From assembly GCA_023231475.1 (NCBI GenBank), contig JALJEE010000907.1, positions 1 to 64,000 on the forward strand: a stretch of 64,000 nt of DNA, written 5' to 3'. Shown piece after piece: positions 55,101-64,000 of the stretch (positions are counted from its first letter, which is position 1; each line of letters starts with the position of its first letter). The notes beneath the pieces were generated by a model. That model was not told the DNA's origin. It was given only the letters and a program-made list of their open reading frames with translations, and made no database searches. Source of the DNA: Seison nebaliae. Its lineage: Eukaryota. The translations under genes were made by a program, and so were the position numbers.

Positions 55101-55250
55101 CTGATAAGTAAATTGAGTGGAGAAGGGACGAACTGCTCCACGTTTCACTGTCGATTTGGGACAACGAATCGAATTCGTCTTATTCCCAACCGTCCCATTG
55201 TTATTGGAAGTATTCGTTATTTTTCGTCCACTTTCACTTCGTTCGACCAT
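52137..55250 (-). CDS. PHF12: PHD finger protein 12-like (Sin3/HDAC-associated, two PHD fingers)
   Basis: PHD1 TNRDCCDFCGANGEMMLCDRCPTAVHLTC...EWFCPSC; HQFKLP; PHD2 CENC...CTYCYRLYHLECTDP...RWMCSAHLE, resembling PHF12 RWMCPNH. Confidence 0.75.
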   Translation of the reverse strand: MVERSESGRKITNTSNNNGTVGNKTNSIRCPKSTVKRGAVRPFSTQFTYQSYNLRERHITEKVIEKNLNENNLDCDYFFIHCLFESFRLVATKLNDDPFHMIFLQNFHNHFSRSLDDSHPLFDTFTFNQSSNELLTRALIFQTTKREEIMRQTAYRYSYRRTCERPKHLTNRDCCDFCGANGEMMLCDRCPTAVHLTCLVPMVESNSLVNENEWFCPSCSFELILRLIHLQFNSFLSSNTMNELNVELKLSEILLIGLLPRQLAIIPFVVKFIYFETLSHVIHQLQSTTLSPFFDNDTIFIKSLHIFDGKRKINHLKNLLNLTKKNFVKKEKLKKNISLSSSDNDLNMENVESNNYLELIRRKWMNYSNENYSNLFLDQFQIRTKQIIKSCRLFHGNRFEEIVKIDNELNESIEQSKYSHLYSTIFQFVPFNQFFRLLINLNQKLLPILLDGCRWFENNFISNESTYHSIISQLNSQRANRSLLLGNLSYLTTKSNISDYRLTNDYVNYQHQILSSFSLMSRNISMNSQNILIKKILENEKIFEEKPSADNKMILFIDDLMGQQSPRNETLLQRIIRGSFESNINVLINCFDSLYDFHQFKLPWSPLFDPVSSSNELDRNWIIKIFRCKDTMTLHEILKIDRELTAVTGISHIQNVERKREQRLPICENCNQLFVTRPVPPISLNDNNLIISKRSSTDIVDVRRNLLKKFRENLFENDETFLNDRRYDDIFNGDFHSSITVINNNSNNNNFNNNNNINNNQNFQELNEEKSNDDKTISKRHRRFDIRKRFRQDPNVYGHVIHSDGHQTSQWRQCAQAISCTYCYRLYHLECTDPTMTEALMDRWMCSAHLERFIANDFHLSISDKMKGFRCTFKMNFFSLIIQLEKLLKIFEKIDHSFSLLLLTYISLRQSNLSHENSEKYFTETLFRIIQKGQLTLNYIQQVRMQLHPFVIFDKELNDRLYNSSLNFSTPLIALKSGNDKFISKSKSDEKMIYLNPNLFKMKNFSKSHDFHESSESKEEPSNNWNDDYILKLQKIF

Positions 55251-56302
55251 TCTTCTCTAAAATCTTTTACGGTAAATCAAGAACCATTCCACCAATCTTT
55301 ATTTCATGAAAATTTCATTCATAAAAGCTTAAAATTCAAAAATTCAAATATATTTTATTCACTTAATTTCAATAGAATTTTCCAATAAATTTCAATAACT
55401 TCATCTTAATAAATTTAACAAATTATATTCAATATTTTTTGTACTCTGTTTAGTATCCAATGTACAACGATACATACCTAATACTTAATACCTAGCAATA
55501 CATAAGGTATTATATAATATATATATATATTAGATATACTATATTAAGTCATCATCAACCATTCCCATTGGGTTTTACTCACATATGTTTGTTAGTCACA
55601 TATGAATATGTTTTCTAAAATAATGCTTTACATACTTCAACAAGTGAATCCTCGCAATCAAAGTTCCCTTGTGTTCAATGATTTTTTCCTGATCTTCGAA
55701 CAAACACCTAATACCTAACATCTATATAAAAATAGTTCAGTTAAATTAACTCAAAAAGTGCAAATGTTAAAAAATGTAGAATTCTGTAAAATTTGAATTT
55801 TGAGTCTTATTAAAACCTAAAATTTTAATATCATTTATCTTAAAATTATACAAATGAGATGCTAAACAGATTTTTTTATTAATAAATCAAATCTTTGTTG
55901 CGCAAATTAAACAGGAACAACGATCTATAGATCTTTAGATAAAAATAATTTAATCTCCAAAAGAGTTACTGACAATGTGATTGATTCCAGATATCATTTA
56001 TTATAATGCTTTTTGATAAATTTTAAGTTTTTTTTCAATTTAAAGATTACCATTTCAAAAATCTAACTGTAGAAACTTGTAAGAAAAAATTATGGAAATG
56101 AAATTATAGTTTATTGAAATATAATGTTGTAGGGCGAAGGGATAACGTTGGAGAACGAAACACATTTGAATGGAAATTGAATTAGTTCAATATCCGATTT
56201 AATTTTGTTTCTTCCATTTATTTCTTCGAAAATTTGTTTAAATAAAAATTTCTTTCATTTCCATTTAATAATCGATTAGTCGATACTTATCAGTCAAACA
56301 GA

Positions 56303-57923
56303 ATGAGTCTCAAAACTATGAGAACTCCATTTAGACGTATAAATAAGCCTCCTTTTTTGTCTCACAAAAACCAGAATAGCACAAGAAAAAAATATTATAG
56401 TTATTCCAACCAACAAACTGAACAACAACGTAATAGTCTCAGCTCCAGTAGTAACAGTACGAGAAAGAAATATAAAAATTACGATAACGCTTATCCGTTT
56501 CATTTAACATTTACTTGTCTTTTGAGATTGTTTATTATGATAATTATTTTCTATTTAGATATGATACAAGAAACGTCACTTCCTATAATAATAGAAATGT
56601 TACCTCGTATGAGAATACGAAGACAAATAGAAAAAAACCGAGACGGTCTAAATATAAGACCGGTAGTAGTTTATAAATATTTTGATTTATACAATTTCTA
56701 TATTTTTTCTTTTCGAAGATGCTGAATCGTCCATTGCTACTGAGTTATTGAAAAACAATTGTAATTCTGCATCATATACTTTCCGTCCATTTTGTGCCAT
56801 TAATGAATCGAGAAGTAGGAGAATGTCGATTATCGGTGGTGGCAATGATAGTCGCAGTAACTTCGATACACGAAATAGTGAAAAACATAATTGTGATGAA
56901 ATAAAGAATGGTGTAAAACTTAGTGAACTTAGTATGGCGCATGATCGCGATCGGAAAGTTTCCAACGATACTGGTCATAGAACGATGAATGGTGGAGATC
57001 ATCATCAGACCATGCATGCTGGTGATCATAGGGCCATGCATGGAACAGGTCGTTCAACCATGCATAGTGGTGGTCTTAAACCAGGAAATGTTGGTGGTGG
57101 TGGCGGTTTAGTAGTACCTCGAAGTATTTCTTGCGGTTATTCCAGTGACTTAGATGTGTTAGATATGATATCGAAATTGTCGAATTCGGAGAGATGTAAA
57201 CAAGTTCAACCTCAACCTCATGATATGGATTTCATTTCATTACTCATGGATACTATCGTAGCTTTTTATAAATTTATCATTTCTATTCTACTTCTTCTTT
57301 TGGATCAACTACAATGTCTTCTGAATTTAGCAGATGAAGGAACCAGATGTCTATTGGCCAAATGGAGTGATCAATTGGAGAAATGTTTAAAAAATCCTTG
57401 TCCACCTAATGAATGTCCACCCGGTTGTGTCCCAGAATGTCCACCCGGTTGTGTGCCACAATGTCCACCCGGTTGTGTCCCACAATGTCCACCCGGTTGT
57501 GTGCCACAATGTCCACCTCGTTGCGCACCACAATGCCCACCAAAATGTGTGTCTCAATGTCCTCCACCTTGCTACCAACCATGTCCTCCATTTAACAGGA
57601 ATCATGAAGGACATTATAATAATTGCAATAATGTCAAATGTTCATCAGGACCATGTTCCATGAATTCGATATCATCGATTGACAATCGACAAAATAACAA
57701 TCATTTGAGAAAGAGGAGACATAAAAATCGAAGTGATCCATATAATCTGAGAGAAGAACTTAAAGTTTTTGTTAATGAGAGAATGAATCAATATCAGAAT
57801 AATTCTTGTCATAATAATCCGATAGAAGAAGATGAAGAACTTTCGCTTTTTGGCAATATCATAAAATATTTGAAACCGACAACTTATATCGACTTTTATA
57901 AACGTCTTCGTAACTGCCAATAA
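56303..57923 (+). CDS. Unknown ~500-aa protein: basic N-terminus, hydrophobic segment and (CPPGCVPQ)n repeat; 3 exons (introns 56497-56558 and 56663-56718)
   Basis: Exons join in frame at GT-AG sites (AYP|YDTRNVTSY...KYKT|DAESS); contains a Cys/Pro octapeptide array. Confidence 0.7.
57414..57590 (+). repeat. Coding 24-bp tandem repeat encoding CPPGCVPQ
   Basis: TGTCCACCCGGTTGTGT starts at 57414, 57438, 57462 and 57486, followed by degenerate copies. Confidence 0.95.
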
Positions 57924-58218
57924 TTATTAATTTATTTCATTAATTAAAAGAAAATGGATGAGAATAAATATATCTTATGTTCGAACAAATAAAGAAATTT
58001 GGAAAAAACAATAAATTATCGAGAAGAATATAAGATGTTTTCTTTGAAGAATGATGAATCCATCTGAAAATGGATTTGTAGTTGCTTAAATGAAAAACAA
58101 TTCCAATCATAAATCGATGTCGTTGTTTATCATTCGTATATTTAACGAATTGAACCGTTAAAACGACATGATTATTTGGAGAAGAATGGCGTGGAGAAAA
58201 GATGGAAAATATATAGAA

Positions 58219-60146
58219 TTATTTAATTGGTAATAAATGTGCTTCAGTATTGAACACCCATTTATTTAACGGATATGAATCATTTGAATCGAACAACAAA
58301 TATAAATATTTCAACGTTTCTGCCAAGAAGAAACTTTGTTGAACATCATCCACTTTTGGAGGATCTTCATAAACATTAGAAATTCCTGTATATCCATGAG
58401 GTACCTTACAATGTTTCTCAATTGCTTGTGCTGCTTCCCAACCCCAATCACGATATTTTTGTTCACCAGTCAACCTCCATAAATAAAAATATGATTCGAC
58501 TACTTCAGGTCTCAGCATATACATCCTCTCATTATACCTCACCGATTTCGCCTCATTATTTTCCGTTTCAAAATGGAAATATTCCGGACCGATTTTTGTT
58601 TCTAAAAAAAAATTAAATTAAAATAAATAAATTCAAATAATAAATTTGTTTTTATAAATGAACCTGATCGATCATATGATTCGTGACAAGTATGTGTAAT
58701 GTCGATCGCTAAACTTTTCTGATGTTCAATCTCCTTTTGAGTAAGACCGGCAGCTTTTCCGTTTAATGCGGTTAATGCAAATAAACCGCCAATGAAACAT
58801 GTGAGATGTCCCATCTTCGCTACTACATGTCGACTAGCGTATTCACCGGAATATAACAATCCACCAGCTGATCTTCTCATCGTAGTTTTCTCCACCACCG
58901 GCATGGTCGTCAAATACATTTTGAGATAAATACTGTCCAATTTTTTTCCTTCTCTCAACCAAGTCTTTAATAAATATTCATAAAAACTATCACCCAACGC
59001 TCCCAATGATACATGATCTAGAAAGAAGATTTGATGGAATTGATTGGAAGAAAAAAAATGGTGAAAAACCTGAACAAAATCTTCCTTTAGAATTTTGGAA
59101 TTCATTATAAAACAAACCATTATATGGCCATTTGGCTTCGAGAACTTCCATTATTTTTTTTATCTTAAAAAATTTCAAATTTTCAAATAAATAAATGACA
59201 AAAGAAAAATTTACTTTATCTCCATAAATCGGTTTTCCTGTATGTTCCGATAAATAATTCCATTCCAATGATAATGAACCGAATTCGGCCAATAACGCAC
59301 AACCACCAAATGACCAGGAATGAACATGACTCGAACCAGTTTTAGGATTGATTAAAGAGTTAGGAATACCGGTGGGCGTATTGAATGCTGGTAATAATAA
59401 AATGGCGACTTCTTCAGCTTTTTCCAGAAACATCTGAAATTTAAAAATTTGAAATTTATCGTATGAAAATTATATCGAACTCTATCACCAGTTAATGCGT
59501 GCATTGAGAGAAGACCACCAATAAATCTGATATTCGTTTCAAAAACGGAAACGGTACCGGTTGATTTGAAATTGAATGAATTTTGGACCCATTCTGATCC
59601 TTGTTTCACTTCGTCATGTAACTTCATAACGAATAACGTATCTAAGGCATCGATGATGGTGGCACCGACTTTTCCATATCCGAATAATCCCGAATTATGA
59701 GGACGACCACTTAACGGTTGTAATTCGTTATCACCCCATGAAAAATTTTTATATCCGTACCATGCATGTAACATCATTTGTTTAATAAATTCCCTTTTCG
59801 GAACATCCGCCTCATTATTTTCTTGAGGTGAATGAATTTGTTGTTTGTCTACAAAATATTTTTCATTTTTTTCATCATTCAAAAATTTCAAGTCATTCAA
59901 CTTCACACTCCTCTTTGTCACATCATTCGGACGGTGTGATGGAACAGGCGTCACAGCTTCAGACCACGGGAATTTGTGCCGTTTCACTTGATCATCAATT
60001 TGTCGGTCGGTGTTGATATGATCAATATTAATAAATGAAATCAAAATTATGAAGACGAATGTGAAAATCATAAGGAAAAATATTAAATTTTTCCATTGAC
60101 GAATTTTACTTTTGAATAAGGAAATTATCAATCTGACACTTGCCAT
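58219..60146 (-). CDS. MAN1A: Golgi mannosyl-oligosaccharide alpha-1,2-mannosidase (GH47), type II membrane protein, 5 exons
   Basis: MMLHAWYGYK..SWG.NELQP, GATIIDALDTL, SVFETNIRFIGGLLS, AFNTPTGIP, LAEFGSLSLEW, GDSFYEYLLK, LRPEVVES, QQSFFLAETLKYLYLLF, FNTEAH. Confidence 0.96.
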
Positions 60147-61198
60147 TCCAACCACTCTCGACGGGAGAAGAACAAGTCTCGGTCGACAAATGTATTTGAG
60201 AGAATAAATTGAATAGATTATATTATCATATAATTGATATATTTGGTACGGATAGATAGATGGATGTATGGATGGATAGATGATATTTTTATTGATTTTC
60301 AAGAACGATTCTCAATTAGTAAAATGAGTCAAGTATCATTTTCTGTCTATTTAATTAGTTAACTGGATTGAAAGAGGAAAAAATCTTAAGAAATAAATGA
60401 AATTGATAGAAATTTTACCTTTTATTCTCCTTTACTATGTCATCCAATCATTGAAGTCTTATTTAATTTCCTTTCTTTTGTCTTTGTCTACAAACATGAA
60501 TTTCATGAAAAAATATTCATTTACATTTTCTATTTTAATTCGAATGTTTAGCTTTTTCTTCTTATTGTCTAATCATCATTCTTCCAAGAACATCAAAAAT
60601 CCCTCCCTCATTACTATAGTAACGAGCTCTCATTTCCTATTCATCAATTAGTTATTAACTTCCCTACTAACTATACAGAATATGAGCGAATATTATATGA
60701 ATAGTACTAGATTAAAATAACAATAAAAAACATGCACATAAATATTGTCATTTCCATCTATAGATGGAAATGGTAAAACTTCATATGTATATTCAAACTA
60801 CATGACATATCTTGTAATGCATTTCTCATTAGCTTTCCGTCTTTGTATGAAGATGTGTAGCACGTTTCTGCATTAAGAGTAAACAAAAAATTCTGCATAT
60901 TTTAAACTGAAACTTCTTTAGGGAATGTTATAAGAATAATCAATAACTATGAATTCTCGTCATTATAATAAGTGTGGAGTAGGAGAGACTGCATTCTTCG
61001 AATACATGATCTTTCTCCATGGGAAGGAATGGTTAAGACGTCTGTTTTATTCACATGCAAAAAGAAATTTCATTCTATATTGTCCATAGATAAATAGATG
61101 AATGGAAATTGAAAAATTTTCCATTCTCATATACAATTCTTCTTTTGACCTACAATTAATCATGATGATGATGATTATTATTATTATTATTATTATTG

Positions 61199-64000
61199 TT
61201 ATTCTTCTTCTTTGTTTAAGAAGAGGTTGGACGAACAATCATAGAATTCATCGATCGATGGACTTCTCGTTCGATCGGGACTCAGTCGTCTCTTCAATTT
61301 ACCAGAGAGACGTTTCGAAGAACGAGATGGAATTGCTGGCGGTTTTGGACCTGTCTGGAATATACTTCCTTCTCGACTACGAAGAGGACGTGGCGGTATT
61401 TTTGGTGGATCAGTTGACGAATCGATTCCTTTAGAAATCGTTTGAGACGATGAGAAAGATGATGAATTCCTTTCATATTTTGGGAAAATTGGAGGAATTC
61501 CTGATGATGATGATTGTTGCATTTGATGATTTCGATCCATTAAATTACCATCGACATTCGATTTTGGAACATCATTTGAATGAGTGGATGTATATGTCGT
61601 TTTGGACTTGATGGATTCAGTTCTTAATCGATCTTTCTCTTCCGACAATAGACGACCTTCTCGATTTCTTTTATTAATTTTCAAACATTTTTCCGCTTCT
61701 TCTTTCGTTAATGGTTGACGAGTATCTTCGAAGAAAGTATTGATATATTCTTGATTTGATGGAAATTTATCAAATCCATGACGACAACCAAATTGTGTAT
61801 CAGATACAGGTTCATTCTCTTTATCATAATCATCTTTCAATCTGATCCAATATTCCATCGTTTCACGTTTCACCAAAAATTCCGGTAGTTGTTCAATTGG
61901 CAAATTGAATTTAATGAAAATTTCCGTAACAAATTCATTTTGAATTTCAATAAATTTCTGGAAATGATGAGATGTAAATGAATTGATGGAATGAGATAAT
62001 TCCATATACTCTATAAAATATTTGACTAGATAATAAATTAATCGATCATCCTTCGGAATATTCTGTCTCATTTTCATTTCATTCACATTAATATTATTCT
62101 CGAGATGAATACGATCGTCGGATGTATAAGATTGAGCGAAAACGATAAATTGAGTTTCCGTCGAATCATCATTGTCAAAATTGTTATCTACTTCAATCTC
62201 ATCCGTTACATCATCCGCATCATATTCCAATAAAGAATTAATTGTTTTGTCTTCCATTATTGGTGTATTCGGTTCCAAATCATTCTTTAATGATTTGTGT
62301 AAAATGGAAATATTATGAAATTGATCTAATGTCGATTTATTTTTCAAAAAGATTTCTGAATAATAATTATATAATTGATCAATTTCATGGAAGGTGAAAC
62401 ATCGAAATAAAATTTCATGACGGAAATAATATTCGATCGTTATCATTTCCAGATTTTTCCCAAATGACAAATGATTCGATTTCATTTGAAGTTTCTTCAA
62501 CAACAAATGCATACTGTCGTCTGGAAGATATTGATGATATAATGAATTCAAACGACTTGATGGATAATTAAAATGATTTTTATCTTTCAAATCTCTCAAT
62601 TTCTCATTATCATCATCATCAGAATTAATCGTCGTTTCATTATCATCTGTATTATTATTCACCATAACATTCGTATAACTGTTCACTTGTTCATTCATTA
62701 TATTATTATTATTATTATTATTATTATTATCTTGTGTTATTGTTGTTGTTGTTAAGTCATCAGGATTTCCAATAGTTGTCGATGATGATGATATTCTTCC
62801 CATGGAATATTGATCGATTAATTGATTATCAAATAATTCATACAACCATTTCACGTATTTGCATAACATGTAATTATTGAATTTTAACATATCCTCTTTC
62901 GTCAATAACGATGATAAATAATTAATTTTAAAATTAGAATTCTGAATATTTTGATCCGAATTGTCCACATCCGTCTCCTCATCACTAATCAGATTGGAGA
63001 GAAGTGGTTGTTCTGATATTTCATATCGATTGAAAATCAATTGATTTCCCATCGACGCATCATCAACATAATTCAAGTTATCCACATTAATATCATCATC
63101 GTCATCCGTGAGAATGTGTCGTCCATCCGTTCTTCGACCTTGCTTCCGACGATTCAACACTTTTCCAAATAAACTTCTCGATCTCAAATATTTCTTCTTT
63201 TCTATACCTCGAAATTGGACATTCTGTTCAGATGATCTTCGATTTTCTTCTTGAACATCTTCCACATTCGACACTTTATTCGAATCTTGAAAATCGATTA
63301 AATTATTATTAAACTCACCTATTAAACAAGAAAAAATCGCCAACGTTCCCCACCAAACAAACTTTCCATCTCGTCATTCTTATCCGAAAAAAATGTCTTG
63401 TATAATAATTTCTCTGAAAAAGTATTAAAATTAAGGAAAATTAAAAGTGAAATTCAGAGGAATTTTCAAACCGATAAGAATGGCACATTCTAAACAATGA
63501 TACCGATAATATAAATCAGCAGATAATTCTAAATAATAAAATAATTTTTTGAAAATGGAGAATAGAAAAAAACGAAAACTTTTCGCTTGTTCTCCTTCGT
63601 CATAAATATAATTCGTTGGATGGAAATCCAAAAGATTTGACGAAATATTTTTATTTAATAATTTAATCAATATCTTTAGGAATTAATATATATAAGAGTA
63701 ATGAAAAGGAAAATTGGTAGAGAACTTTATTCGTATTTTTCTGTGACCATAAATATGGAATTTTCAAATTCCTTTCCTTGACTCGTCTGATTTGTCGATG
63801 TGATAAGATGAATATGGCAATAATCAACTAATGATTGATGGAAAAGGAGAATGAATGACATTGAGAAAGAGAACATAAATCCTTCCAACTAATAAAACCA
63901 CAAACGATAAAGAAACGGCATTGATTATTGGTAAAATTTCGGTTGGTTGAATGTTGATGGAAGTCATGAGAATTGCAGGAAATTTTATTTAGAATTTAAA
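61199..64000 (-). CDS. Large unknown multi-exon protein, 5' end beyond the window
   Basis: The 714-codon terminal ORF joins upstream exons in frame (e.g. EKLLYKTFFSDKNDEME|SEFNNN via a 44-nt intron; ILIKLLNK...GEQAK|KLSADLYY); Pro-rich tail PPKIPPRP; family not recognised. Confidence 0.65.

Noticed and set aside
56294..56503. Minus-strand 69-aa ORF resembling a signal peptide plus TM
   Set aside because: Antisense to the A-rich exon 1 of the plus-strand gene; the hydrophobicity is expected from a T-rich complement.
57387..57663. Four overlapping repetitive ORFs in other frames and strands
   Set aside because: Produced by the stop-free 24-bp repeat; only the CPPGCVPQ frame belongs to a long spliced ORF.
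63431..64000. RhoGAP/DEPDC-like assignment for the last gene
   Set aside because: The resemblance is too vague; no diagnostic motif is visible within the window.

Overview
This is eukaryotic, not prokaryotic, DNA: a very AT-rich, compact animal genome with short (mostly 44-85 nt) GT-AG introns and many poly-Asn/Asp/Gln/Thr tracts. The gene set (bifunctional PAM, CatSper, fibrinogen- and olfactomedin-domain genes, PIAS, HP1, MEK) indicates an invertebrate metazoan; I cannot name the species from the sequence. I reconstructed about 23 genes by hand-joining exons: FLCN, AASDHPPT, Jupiter/JPT, CAPSL, two unknown segments, PPP1R36, an HP1-like gene, PIAS, MEK1/2, a Cys-rich BAF-like gene, PAM, TAF7, a fibrinogen-related gene, a putative membrane protein, CatSper1-like, DDHD1-like, an ARL GTPase, PAK, olfactomedin-like, PHF12-like, a Cys/Pro-repeat protein, MAN1A, and a large unknown gene running off the window end. 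Most notable observations: (1) atypical splice signals (5' GTT dominant, frequent AAG acceptors); (2) two convergent genes whose stop codons abut with 0 bp between them; (3) a CatSper1-like sperm channel; (4) a BAF paralog with 11 Cys and eroded DNA-binding residues; (5) two near-identical palindromic RFX X-boxes in promoters; (6) an HP1 paralog with a degraded methyl-lysine cage; (7) a possible PHM-only isoform of PAM. I found no tRNA, rRNA, CRISPR array or intact transposon. All family calls come from motif recognition and memory, not database searches.
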